Origin: Takakia lepidozioides
Lineage: Eukaryota > Plantae > Bryophyta
NCBI GenBank assembly: GCA_030704615.1
Contig: CM060732.1
Span: 71,982,001 to 72,046,000 of the forward strand
Direction of reading: 5' to 3'
Length of the DNA stretch: 64,000 nucleotides
Under the pieces are notes generated by a model. That model was not told where the DNA came from and ran no database searches. It saw only the letters and a list, made by a program, of their open reading frames with translations. Position 1 is the stretch's first letter. Every line of letters begins with the position of its first letter. Below, piece after piece: positions 1-12,521 of this stretch. The translations under genes and the position numbers were made by a program.

Positions 1-2483
1 CGGGAATCAAATAAACTGGATGTTTAGAGTCGAACACCCGGAGCTGGTAAAGACGCGCTTTGACTTGTCTTTGTGCTTCGCATTTAGGGGCCTGTACACC
101 ATATCCCTGGGAGCAAGCTCCATCATGGAAACTTTGACGTCCTGGGTCGCCTCAAACCCAAAAGGAAATATGTCCTTGTAGTCTTGCTCCAGTCTCTCCA
201 GCATCTTCTCACACTTGTCTTTGTCGAATATGTCTGCAGCCTTGGGTTTCTTGGTATCTGTCATGAATGCATGATCCATCTCCTCCTTTTGTTTCTTTTT
301 TCCCCCTGATGTACCGGCTTCATTGTCATCACCACCGACGTCAATGGATTTCCGTTTTTCCTTCTTTGGCTTCGCTCTTGCAGCCTCCTCCTCCCACGTC
401 TTTACAATCTCCTTACCCTTTAAGTAAAGCACATCCAAGAAAATTCCCCAAGCCATGCAAAAACCTTCATCTGTAAATTGAGTACCATCGTCGCAATATG
501 TGAACCCCGCCCAAATGGACTCTCTCATCATGGCCTTCCTTAGAATTCGTACCTCCAGTTTGAAGCCAAACGTTATGGGAAATCTACCATCTTCCATCAT
601 GAACATTACCAACATCGGAAATTCCACATCCATCTCCAGCTCTACGTCGACCACGTCTGCATATTTGAGCTTGGCGACCTCTGCACCAATCTTGTATTGG
701 AACCGGAACTTATGGTCCGGAGGTGTGCTAACGGGTACAATGCCCCATTTTGTGATCTCCGGGTTCAGCTCAAAAATTGCCAGGTGATCATTCTTGAAAT
801 TCGGAGATTTTCGAGAAACAAATGAACCACAGATAGGTTTGCACATTCCAACAATACAATCCCTCGGGGTAATGTTGTTGTCCACATAACAAACCACCTC
901 GGTCGTCAGACACATATCATGACAACCATACAAGATTCCCAGGACAGTAACCTCCACTGTCCAGTGGAGGTTCAACAATTCACACGCTCATAGCTGACAG
1001 ATAAAAGAGTTCAATTCAGGAGGAAAAAACAATTTCACTTATAAGAAGAATAATACATTTATTCATAGAAGGCTCGTCTCGCCATTCCATACATCATGCG
1101 GTCTCAAAATTGTTCCTATAACGAATATATAATTTCTACAAGAAATCGATATTCTTTTGTAAGATGAGTTTCATCTTTTTATTTTCTTGTATCTACAATA
1201 ACTACAGGAAGCTCTCTCGAATCATCCTCAAGGTTTCAGGGGAGTATCTCTAGGGGTATATGTCGGAGAATCTCCAGAGATGTATTCTGGAGAATCTCCA
1301 GGGACGTACTGAGGAGAATCAGCGGGGACATATTCTGGAAAATTTACTGCATACTGAGGAGAGTGAGGAGTGTATCCTAGAGAGGACGGAAGGACGGATC
1401 CCGAGTACTGTTCACAATCTCCTACAGAAATGTCATTATCTGAATCAGACTGAAGATTACACTCATCATTTTCATCTTTCTCTTCCTCTGTTTCCTCCGT
1501 TGTCTCCCGTCAAATAACTCCCTCGAACATTGATTCGTCAGTGCCCGGATTTATGAAGGTTCGCACGTCAGAGCCCACATCTGATATTTGATTCTCAGAT
1601 CTCTTCTTGAAGGTTTTTGTTTTCGATACAACCAGTGATTCGTCTTGGTTTTCTGCTTCGTTGATGCTTACTGGATCTTGCCTGTGAATGAAGCATTGAT
1701 TTGTTCTAGTATAGGTAGTAAGCTGCAGTAGGTAGAATCACTATAGCAGTAGAAGTATAGATTACAGAAAGATGTGTGCATGACTAGGGTTCTACTATAG
1801 GTAGTAAGCAATATCACTTTAACATCACTAAACAACCTTTAATCATGCATTGACACGTGTCATATCGACCATAAAAAACCTGGCAACAAGTTTTTATAAG
1901 CATAGTCGTAGTTCTGACTGTTAAATACATTTAACAAACCCCTCATATGATGCCACGTGTCTACATATCAGGATGTTTGTAGTTAGGACAATGACTGCAA
2001 GACCTCCTCATTATATGCCACGTGTCCAGATATTAGCATGTTTGTAGTCAAGATAATGACTGTAGGACCTCCTCGTAGATATGCCACGTGGTAGTTTCTG
2101 GAGACACCATATGGCGCATATCCACAAAACCTCCTGGACTTATTAAAAAAAAGACACGTGTACAGTTTGCAGCAGCACACTAAGTCATGTATTGTAGAAG
2201 TACATATGACTGCCACATGACAGTGAGATGTATCACTTGGTTCATCTGTCTGCAATCATCCATGACCGACCATACTGTACTCATTGTATTCACTTGGTTT
2301 GCACGACTTAAAGTCATTGCAGTCATATATACCGTTTATGACTACGGGATAGTCATATATATAGTCATATATACCGCGATCTATTGTAGTGTTAATCTGC
2401 TGTCGATGCAGCTTCCTACGGTCATCTTGACTCCAGAGTTCCACTCCATGGTCGTCGCAGACACTGTCTAATTTTCCTACGTG
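1..2483 (-). mobile_element. End of a probable CMC/EnSpm-like DNA transposon (other end outside the window)
   Basis: Terminus TTTTCCTACGTG at 2472-2483 reads CACGTAGGAAAA on the minus strand, like CAC-starting CMC termini. Clustered subterminal (G/C)ACACGTG / TGCCACGTG motifs at about 1850-2220. TSD cannot be checked. Confidence 0.45.
7..978 (-). CDS. Transposon-associated protein exon of unknown function; C-terminal end resembles the start of a ParB/Srx-like domain
   Basis: 323-aa open frame with a K/E-rich linker, then FPFGFEATQDVKVSMMELAPRDMVYRPLNAKH. Candidate splice acceptor near 995, so probably an internal exon. Likely decayed. Confidence 0.4.
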   Translation of the reverse strand: MLNLHWTVEVTVLGILYGCHDMCLTTEVVCYVDNNITPRDCIVGMCKPICGSFVSRKSPNFKNDHLAIFELNPEITKWGIVPVSTPPDHKFRFQYKIGAEVAKLKYADVVDVELEMDVEFPMLVMFMMEDGRFPITFGFKLEVRILRKAMMRESIWAGFTYCDDGTQFTDEGFCMAWGIFLDVLYLKGKEIVKTWEEEAARAKPKKEKRKSIDVGGDDNEAGTSGGKKKQKEEMDHAFMTDTKKPKAADIFDKDKCEKMLERLEQDYKDIFPFGFEATQDVKVSMMELAPRDMVYRPLNAKHKDKSKRVFTSSGCSTLNIQFI

Positions 2484-4281
2484 CTTTACCAACGATTTCT
2501 AGACAACTAAGAAACTAACCTATTCTGGCAGTACAATGCCGAAACCGCTTGTCTTATGATCAAAAACGATCTGAAAAGAAAAGTGTACCAATATATGCAT
2601 CTACAGCATGCCCCACACCATATAACTCTAACACCAAGCCCATGACCATGTCATATCCGTCATCTTTGCCACTCTTCTCTTTCATTCCTTGTGGTCACCC
2701 ATTCTTTCCACAAATACACGTCAAAGTCGTAGATATAAGATGTCTCAGAGTCTACTAGGACTCACAGTTTGATTCCCCTGCACCTAACAGGATTTTTGGG
2801 CATGTACTGCCGAATAGCACAATATTTTCCTTTATATCTCATTATAACTTCGCATTGTGAGCATTTTGCACCGTTGTTTACATGAACAATTTCATTGCAT
2901 GCCCATCTTACCTTCCAAACCTTCTCATATTGGGGACTAGCACAATCAGAAATTAGAGTCTCGTTGTATGGAGACAGTGGATGATTGACTCAAACCTATT
3001 TCAGGTTATGACCTTTCCCCGGGGAGGAGGTGAGCGGACAATGACAAGAATTGAGCGCTTGGCACAAGCTGTTTTTTTTCATCTACTTGAGAATCGGCAT
3101 CTGGCCACACGACCTCCTTCTATTTGCCTTCTAGAAAGCACCAATTGTGCGCACGAGGATGTTTAGGCCACCGCAAGGCACAAGGAGGAGACGACAAGGT
3201 AAGCAAATATTCTTCAGCCTAGATACCCCAAAATGCACCTCACATGTCTCTTAGTTGCAGCATGCTGCAGTACTACTGCCAAATGACTTAAAACTACCAC
3301 AACCTTTATAAGGCTTGGGGGAGGCGGTGGGGACTAAGACTCCTTTGCCTTCTTCCGCTTTGGTACCATAACTTCATGTGCCCACCATAGCAGCCTACCC
3401 CAAACTCATGAGCTAATGAAGACAAAAACTAAAGCATCCGGCCTAATTTTCTATGCGCCCACTAGTGGACTAAATGTAGGGAAGACAACCCTAGACAAAA
3501 GAGGTGCAAAGCATGAAAACAATGAGCGCAATCAAACCAAGTATAAAGGCTTAGAATCTTACAATGCAAACATTGAAAACAAAGAAAAACTAGGTAGCAA
3601 CCCCGCCAATACAAACAAAAGGTGAAAACCAAAATAGGAACGCCACATCATGCATATGGGAGGCTGCAAAACTAGTGTAGTTCATGGTGCACGAGCTGGA
3701 AGGTCGAACTACACTAGAACACGCATATAAGTGACCTTCAAAGATATTGTACTGAGAGTACAATGAAGGAGAGAGAGAAGATTCAACGTGGGGAAATCAA
3801 CTCGTTGGGGTGCAACATGCGTGGAGTCGCGAGCGGTCATGGTTGTCCCCAGGGTGAACATGCAGCCGAGGTGGTATGTGCCCATTACCACTGGGTTAAC
3901 TTGTCCCAGCTTAAGGCATATCTTAGGGGGAACATCCCTGTAAGGTCTCGGCCAGTGTTAATCATCCCCCAAAGACGGCAAAAGATAGATACACCTCAAA
4001 CTTTTGCCCTGCCGCAATTACTCTAAAGCTAGAACCACGCCAAATAATACCACAACCAACCATATGTTACACTCATCCCTTCACAAAATACTCACTATTC
4101 AGCTGTACGATTCAGGAACGAATATTCTATAGCCGTTGTGACATGCAAAAATATAGCTCTCAGCAACATAAAACAACCCACATATTCCCTGCCACTATTC
4201 TCAACGAACAACAACTCCCAACTATGAACAAATACTGATCCTCCCATCTCCAAACAAGCTAAACGAAAATTACAAAAATGG

Positions 4282-5537
4282 ATGCACAACTATACAACTA
4301 CGCAATTACATATACTACTCATACGATGTGGAGATATCCATCCCAACCCAAGCCCTATAAACCGACCCTGTTGCATAACACCACTAGCTACTAACCCAAT
4401 CATAAATGTTGTCCATATACTAGACCCCATTCAAAACATTGTTAAACGCATATTCAAAGTGGCCAAAACAAGATATGGAATATACTTTTACCCCTCCATA
4501 ATTACGCTAAAATTACAGTATAAGTCACACCTTCTTGATATCTTTGCCTCATTCCTACCTAAACCACAATACATTCTTGACCCAGACAATCCAGATGCAC
4601 CTCCATATGGTATAACCACATCCGAGCACTCACTTCTCGCTCATAATAGTTACAAACTCAGATGCTACCCTAAAGACCATGTATTTTTTACATATATAAT
4701 ATGTATATCACCAAAAACCGAAAAAATGTGACATCATTCTCTCTGAAAAACTGGAAACATGCATACCGTCCACACTATCAAAACTCCAAACACTCCCTGA
4801 ACACCCATCGCAATATAAAGCCCCGCCACACCCCCTCAACTGCCTTCACAACTCTCTTGATCTCCTCCAAGCTCCACTTAGCCAAATTCACCAATTACTC
4901 ACAACGTATCTGTTATCTCTCCCACCCACATCTTGTCATACCCTACAACATATCACCATGAAGTTCCTTTCATATCACCAGAAATCCTCTCTGCCACACT
5001 AAACACCCTCACATATCTACTTGGTTTTTGCACATCCAAACATACACCACAACCAACCACATCGGTTAGTCTTGCTGACACAACACCAAACCACAAGCTA
5101 TACCCCTGCCTCCAACCAACCCTCCTCCTGATGAACAAGACTACCTACTAGATCAGCCCCTAATATGTTTCATATGGAATGTCGGCTCCATCGCCTCTAG
5201 TGTCTCCACCCTATCACTTATACTCCAAGAGCCGAATCCCCTACACATTATACTACTTCAAGAAACCAAACTCCAATCGCATACGTCTAATACGTACATA
5301 AATAAGATATTACATAAATATCATTTGATATACGGTAGTCCCCCTTCACCAGAAAAACACACCAGACAACGCGCCTTACTGTATCAACCAGCACGGGGAG
5401 GAGTAGCAATTGGAATACACAAATCCATGCATTCGCAAGATACAACCTCCAAGATTGTTATCCCAGCTCACCTCAAAACCCACCTACAAATAATGCAAAT
5501 ACACATTGGTCCCTATCCAAAATTCAGTATGTATTAA
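4282..5537 (+). mobile_element. 5' fragment of a non-LTR retrotransposon (LINE): 2A-like motif and AP-endonuclease, decayed and truncated
   Basis: LHILLIRCGDIHPNPSP at 4306-4356. APE motifs in one frame from 5175: WNVGS ... IILLQETKL ... ARGGVAIGI. A/C-rich LINE-like composition; frameshifts between the motifs. Confidence 0.8.
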
Positions 5538-5651
5538 CAAAATTGGTGATATACAAAATTGGCGGAATGCTATTACTGTGTTTTCCAACAATATTCAAGG
5601 TACAACAAGAATGCACATTGTCTATGTACTACGCTGCCAATCATTAAAAGC

Positions 5652-7230
5652 CTAGTCGTCACTATCCGAGGACGAGGGATGTGATGTTGTGGCCTGATTT
5701 GCACTGCCAATACGGAGAGCGTGCGATCGTGATCTTGTGGTCAATGAGGGGCCCAATGGCATGTGATCAATTCTGGCCTGCATCCGCCTACTTCGCGGCG
5801 AAAGTTGACTTTCTTCTTCACTCTCACGACGTGGCGGAGGTGGATCGACAACAAGTGCTCGGGCTGCATGCAAATCGGCAACGAGGGCCCGAAACACGAT
5901 GATAACGGTATGTCCATAGTCGCCTCCATTGCTCTACAACTGCTTTGATGGTAGTTTTGAAACTTTCCAACTGCCTCTCGCAGGCCCTATCCCTAATCAT
6001 TGTGTCGTTTCGACGATAAGCCGCCTCGTGCGCCTCATTCATTCGGCGTTGACATATTATAGCATCTTAATTCGGACAGCAACAAATGTCTCCCAATCGG
6101 TTCTCGGTCATATAATTCGTTCTCCTCCGGCACCCATGGAACCTGTGGGAGCCGGATAAACCTGGACATTCTCTGACTCTAATGCCTTCCCAAATTGCGG
6201 CAAAACTGCTTTCTCTCCCACCAATCGGGAATGCCTCCCGCACGTATGGTTATCTCCCAGTCAAATGTGACCCATAAATACTGGGGATCTTTGACGTATG
6301 TCGGGTTTCCGGCATGTATGCCATGCATATCTCTATCTGCATCCCATACCAAGTTCTTGCCCCAATGCACACAATTTAAATGGTAGCCCATCCAATGGGA
6401 GGTTGTGTCGATTGTATTCAAAACCTATGGGCATCCTTTCCTCCAAGCCCACCAGCTCATAGATCGGCGATGGATTGGTGTACGACATTCTGGGCAAGCA
6501 CTCATCCACAAGGCTTGCGGGATAAGACATGTGAGATGGAACATATGTCCACATGATCCAAGCATATGACATCCCTCTGGGCCGTATGGATTCCTGCACA
6601 TCGAACAAACTGTGCCATCTGATATCCATGTTTATGCTTCTGTTCGACCCCAAAATTCTGTGCTCACATCGATCGAACATAGAATCCACATCTGCCCAGT
6701 TGGTATACCCGGCGAACACGCTTGATGCGATGCGGAGATCGTTATACCTTTGCATGTTAGCATAAATTCTATCCACGCTACGGTTCGACATGCGTGCGAC
6801 ACGTTGCAAGGCTGACAGTGGCCGCTTTACCCATGCTTCTCTGGAGGCCAAATGGGTCGCCCATTGTACCCAATTCTCCCAATCGCCATTCAATGGGACT
6901 CATGCCCGAATCTCCAATGTTTTGGACAAGTGCCATGCAATTGTCATGGCAATGTCCCGCTCCTTTGTAACGCGGTCAACATCAGATATCGAATTCATCT
7001 CGGATTGAATGACGACCCTCGAACATTCCCCGGTTTCCGGTACTGGTTCTTGTCCTTTCCTTCTTCTCTCATCAGCAATTCGTTGTTCCTCAACCATGGT
7101 TTCATCGGCCGCACGGTCAAGGACGTACGTAATTTTGTGAATGATGAGGTCGACACTACGATCGGGCATTGCAAACTCCGTGTCCATATCCACGACGTTT
7201 GTTCGATTCTCATTGTGGACTACGAATGAT
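5652..7230 (-). pseudogene. Decayed accessory ORF (about 500 codons) downstream of pol, unknown function
   Basis: ORFs 6900-7193 and 6333-6893 share a frame, separated by one stop. 6179-6421 and 5824-6042/5652-5897 continue after frameshifts, ending in SSSDSDD*. Confidence 0.55.
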
Positions 7231-7235
7231 ATGCA

Positions 7236-10200
7236 TCAAAATGATACAATATGGCCCAATAGTTTCCCTTTGGTAACCAAAGATTGGCATTTACCTGCAT
7301 TCAGGGAGATTCCATACTCTTTACATTTCTGGAAACACAACTCCAACATCTCAACATATGTTGTTTTACTGCTAAAGACACAAAAATCATCCAAAAAGAT
7401 CTCTATAAATAACCGTAAATAGTCTTGGAAGGCTGTAGTCATCACTCGTTGAAACGTAGCGGGAGCATTGCAAAGCCCAAAAGGCATGACCTTATAGACA
7501 TAAGTACCTCAATCGGTAGTGAAAGTAGTCTTTGGCCGATCTTCCTCTGCAATCATGATTTGATTGTAACCAGAAAACCCATCGAGGAAAGAATAACACT
7601 CATGGCCCGCTACTGCATCCAAGATAGTATCGGTAAAAGGCAATGGAAAGCAGTCTTTCCTGGTCACAAATTCGCACTGCCCGATTGCTTCTTGGGGACA
7701 ACCACTCTCGGCGATACCCAATCGCTATAAGGTACAGGATAAATGAAACCAGTAGCTAACAATTTATCCAGTTCTTCTTTAACCAACAAAGAATATTTAG
7801 GATTCAATCGATGTTGGCGTTGCCGCACTGGCATTGTTCCTTCCTCCAATATAATGCAATGCTGGCAAATTTCTGGGGGTACACCCCGAAGATCAGTATA
7901 AGTCCATGCAAAAGCCGTACGATGTTTCTGAAAAAACTCCTTCCACATAGACAATTCATTTGATGGAATATCCGCAGAGATTATAATTTCATTGGGTTCA
8001 GCAGCCGTATTCAAATTCAAGGTTTGGTAGGGGTCATTCTTCACCAATGAAGCACGATTATCATCAGCCGAATCGTACCACGCGATATCTTCCGACGTGG
8101 AAGTCAATTCCCACTCAGATTCATGCTACACCATGTAGGATGAACGGGCTCCCTCCCATCGCAAAACATCATCATCAAAGTCACTATCAAAATCACCATG
8201 CCAGGGATACTCCCCTAGATTAGCACATCGGTAAATCCGTTGGCTACGTGTATGCTTAGGCGACAGTGGTATGACTTGAAAATCACTATCGGTGTCAGTC
8301 GTCCCTCTTTCAGCTTCGGAAGTAAACTCAGATTCCAGCTCCTGAGTTTCCCCATGATAAGCTACTGGATACATTTGCAAAACCACCTTTTGTTCCCCTT
8401 TACCCAAAGTCAGGGTGCCTTTTCCCCAGTCATAGCTTTAGACTGGAATAACCATGGTCACCCTAATAAAATGGGATAAGAATAGGCAGAGACATTTAGT
8501 CAAAAAACAACATAATCAATGGAGTATTCAATAACATCAACTATAGTTGGGATTGCAGTCAGCACACCCATTGGTTTAACACGACTTTGATCGGCCATCC
8601 TCAACACCAATCGAGTGTTCTGTAAACCACCAAGTCCTAGCTTTTCCATTGTGTCTGAACTCATCAAATTGATACTAGAGCCACCGTCAATCTGGACTCC
8701 AGTAATAACAACGTCATCTATTGTCACATCAAGGACAGGGGCACCTGGATCCGGATTGAGTGTCGATATACTCACTTTGTGGACGTCATTGTTTGATGAC
8801 TGGCTTCTAACCAGAGATGACTGCAAAGAAGATCGACATTGAGGTGCCATAGCCAACAACTGCTGCAAAGAAATAGTAGGTTGCAAAGAATCCAGGTCCG
8901 TCAAAATATCATAATGGACCAAGCCTTTAGTCATCGCCATAACCTGCCTCCGCCGCGATCCCTTGACATGTCTTATCTTGCCATTACCCATTTTCGGACA
9001 AGTATACTTCCCTCGATTCCTCTGCTAGACTGGCTCCGTTCTAGGTTGGGGTATAACAAATGATATTACAGGATCAGGGTCGATAGAGTCCACGATAGTG
9101 GAAGGTGGATGGACAACCAAGCTAGGCGATATCATCGGTGGTATCGAATGAATATTGGGTATGGTCGGCAACGATTGTTGCACCCCATCGGTTGGCTTGG
9201 AGTTCACACTATCGGGGGTCTTTAAGGCATATTCCTCCACAATAGGATCCATCGGCAGTAGCTTACAAGCTTTGGTAGTCACTGCTTTGACCATGGGAAC
9301 ATCTGACTCAACATTAAAATAATAAGATTGCAAGGGGGTATCGGCTACTTCCATCTTGCATTTACCTTTCAAGGTGGCTCTTTTATCAGCCAATAACAAA
9401 TTCGTATCACCTGTCCTATCCTCCACACATTCCTGTACTGTTACTCGATTCACAACTCGATTTGTATTAGTATTTCCAAAAGAATGTGATGGGCCTGCAG
9501 CTGATGGAGCTGTACCTGAAACTGGAGGCATAAGAACTGTTGAAGGTTGCTGATGTATAGGATTTTGAGGATATGGACTCTCACATTGTTCGGCGATATG
9601 GCCCTGACCACCACAACGTCCACACAGCGGTATGTAATCAACCGGGGCCTTTGGATTAGGGCATTCGCTGGCAATATGTCCAATCTCATGGCAACGATAA
9701 CAAACAAGATATTGACCATTCCTCAATCGCCGAGCAGACGGCCGATAAGAAGAATTGGGCTGTTGTGGATACAATTGCTGCTGTTGGGCACCCCCATAGG
9801 TTTGGCCATAGGCCCCCTGAGGTAGTTTTCCCCTCATTTGCTGTCAAGCAGGTTGATTAGCCGGCTGATACCAGCTCTGTGGCCCTCGGGTTGGTCTCCA
9901 TGGTTGCAGACTCTGGGGAGGTTGATCAAACCATTGAACTGACCATTTTGATTGGCAGGTGGTGGGGTTAACCCAATCTGATTGACATCCCATCCAGTTC
10001 TTTGGTTATTCTTAATTGGAGTCAATCCCACGGCTGATTGCAAATGCCAACACTGTAGTATCACATGTCCTGCCTTACCACAATAACCACATTTAGCACC
10101 AGCTCCATTAGTGGGATTGGTCACTGGGGCCAATGGGCACTCATTAGCAAGATGACCATGGACCTGACAATTAGAACACCACGTATTGGTTCTCTGATTA

Positions 10201-11959
10201 TTTGGCTTTGGTCTCCCTTCTCTCTTAGAAGCCAATTGCACGGTCTTCTTAGTTAATGCAACAATCTGTCATTCTTGCGGGTCAATTACTACTCCAGCTG
10301 GTAATTGGTTCTTTAGAGATACAGGGGCAACATTCCCACAGTAGGCTGAGCTGGAGAGGGGAACATAGTCATTGGAACTGGCGATGTTTGTGGGGCCCAG
10401 GAATTAGTGTCAAACATTGTCGTGGGCCCAATTGAATAAGTAGTGACATTAATGATTTCCCATAGCTTTTCCCGATTGATTGCCGCCTGTAAATATGCAG
10501 GAATACCTTCCTTAACAAAACGTTTCGGGTGAATGCAGGGTTGACTGGACCAAAATGGACGTTACCGGCACAGTTTTAGATGATTGCAATTGATGGTGTC
10601 ATCAATTGAATTTGAATTAACTCATTAAAACCAAAAAATATATATGTCATTGGATTCCTAGATTCAATACGCACCCATAGCAACTCTCCAATCATGAATA
10701 TGATAAGAAATGACTCTGCTATGGACTTTTGAACACCGTCATTGTGGACTGTTACCGCAGTGAATGGAATTATAATGGATTCAAGTTCTCCTATGTGCCA
10801 TTGGTGAATTCCATTGAAATTTGGACTTAAGGTGGCCATTTTGGTCCACATCAAAGGTATGGATTTGAAGTGGCAAAATCATTTGTCATGTGACTCATAT
10901 GGACTAATATATGTAAAAAAAATAGGCGTTTTTTGAAAAGTCCATAGCTCATCTTGTTTTTTGGATTTTGGGTGTCATTGTTTTTCTAGAAGTATAAAAA
11001 CCTATAATCTTCAATGGCTAGGTGGCATATTGATTTTTTTTTTGTAAATTCTAATTTTTAGTTTTTCATAATTTCTCTAAATAATACACTAAAATATTTA
11101 ATGAATTATATCTTTAATATTTGGGGTAGATCTCTTTACTAAATATGTTCAAAATACCATTATCTATCACTAAAAAAATATTTTGGATAGTATCATCAAC
11201 TTTTTGTTTTTTGGTCATGGACTTTCATGGAGTAGGATCTGCCGTTTTTGGTCCACTCAACCCTGCAACTGCCCTTTCAGTTCTGTTGGGGACAACCCTT
11301 CTACAAATAGACCCATCTGCATATGGTTGGGAATATTATGATTGTTCCATCGCCGAAGAATATCCTCTAGGCGACCTGCAAAAGAATCTACCGACTCGCC
11401 TATCACCATATGAAGTTCTGTCAATTGCTCCCGTAGGCGATCGGTAAAACCCAAGGGTCGAAATTGTGTTAGGAAAGCTGTCTTTAAGGAATTCCAATCG
11501 GAAAATGCTCCATGCTGTTGCCGATCATACCATTGAAATGCTAACTCACGCAAAGTGGCAGGGAACATTGTCAACCAACAAAATTCCATCCTGGCATTAT
11601 TAGCAATACAAGCTGTCATAAATTGAACCAAATTGCGGTCGGGATATGACCCTTGAAGTCCCGTAAACTGTGGCATGGACGATACATTGACGGTTCTATC
11701 ATTGGGTCCTCCCATGTTCACTACTACTGGGATTGATTGGAGAGATTGATTGGAGAGCGGCCACAATCGGTACTGCCGCCATTGGTGCTAGTACAATAGA
11801 TGGTACAATAGGTAGTGCGAGGGGTGCAATAGGGGGCTCGATAGGTGGCGTCGATGCAGCTGCCTGTGCGGCTAATAATGCATGTCATGCTATCCGTACT
11901 ACCAATCGATCGGCTCTGGCGTTAGCCTTATGCTCCGTGGTTACGGGGGATTCATTCAT
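7236..11959 (-). pseudogene. gag-pol of the gypsy element (Gag, four CCHC knuckles, aspartic protease, partial RT)
   Basis: Gag: LRELAFQWY...LKTAFLTQFRP. CX2CX4HX4C four times in 9025-10241. Protease: VQIDGGSSINLM. RT: WVSPRVVVPKK, YSFLDGFSGYNQI, MPFGLCNAPATFQR, IFLDDFCVFS, LLGHIVS. Multiple stops and frameshifts. Confidence 0.93.
10527..11274. mobile_element. 748-bp non-autonomous DNA transposon inserted in gag; about 29-bp TIR, 4-bp TSD TTTC
   Basis: Left end GGGTGAATGCAGGGTTGACTGGACCAAAA; right end reverse complement GGGCAGTTGCAGGGTTGAGTGGACCAAAA. TTTC at 10523-10526 and 11275-11278. Removing it restores the Gag frame GLSPTELK-RFVKEGIPAYLQAAIN. Confidence 0.9.
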
Positions 11960-12348
11960 ACCCCATAACCCCTTCTTCTTAATTGAGAAAACAAAGTGAT
12001 CTCCTTGATTTCTTGCAACAGACAATTCAAGTGTTGTTGATGTCTTCTCCTGTTCAGGTGACAACTGAATCTGCTCCTCTCGAGCTATCGCCAGAGCTGG
12101 CATCTCCGCTTTTTGTTGGCTTAGCACCCGGAAGTTCAATCGTCTCACTCGCCTTCCTCTGACTCCAAAAGCATTCATGGATCTCTGCCTTCTTATGCTG
12201 ATTACGTAAATTGCAATAAGGACTGAGTTTAATTCAAGTGGGGGAACCTTACTATTACAAATGATTTCCCCTGTCATCTCGTATTCCTTCAACAAAAAGT
12301 AGGTATCTTGAAAATTTAGTAAAACATCACTATAGCAAACTGCATCGT

Positions 12349-12362
12349 CGGCAGCAGCGCCA
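12349..12362 (-). promoter_or_regulatory. Primer-binding site of the gypsy element
   Basis: TGGCGCTGCTGCCG on the minus strand, 6 nt after the LTR-terminal CA. Resembles the TGGCGCCGTTGCCG PBS of Athila-type elements. Confidence 0.8.
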
Positions 12363-12521
12363 AAAAGATGTAGAATAAAACTATAATCAACCCTAAGGAA
12401 ATGATCAATCAGTCTTGAGTTCATTCGCTGGGGAAAGTACTACACGACTGCAACATAATGATGCCATGTTACTCTATTTATCTTCATTCTCTCCACAGAG
12501 AGTTTTCTACCATTACTTATC

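Noticed and set aside
10534-11267. Reading the gag insertion as a CAGGG-ended hAT or as having a TGCA TSD
   Set aside because: No 8-bp TSD, and only the 10527-11274 boundaries with TTTC restore the Gag frame.
11885-12424. 179-aa ORF as a separate gene
   Set aside because: It spans the LTR end, PBS and leader; only its last residues belong to the start of gag.
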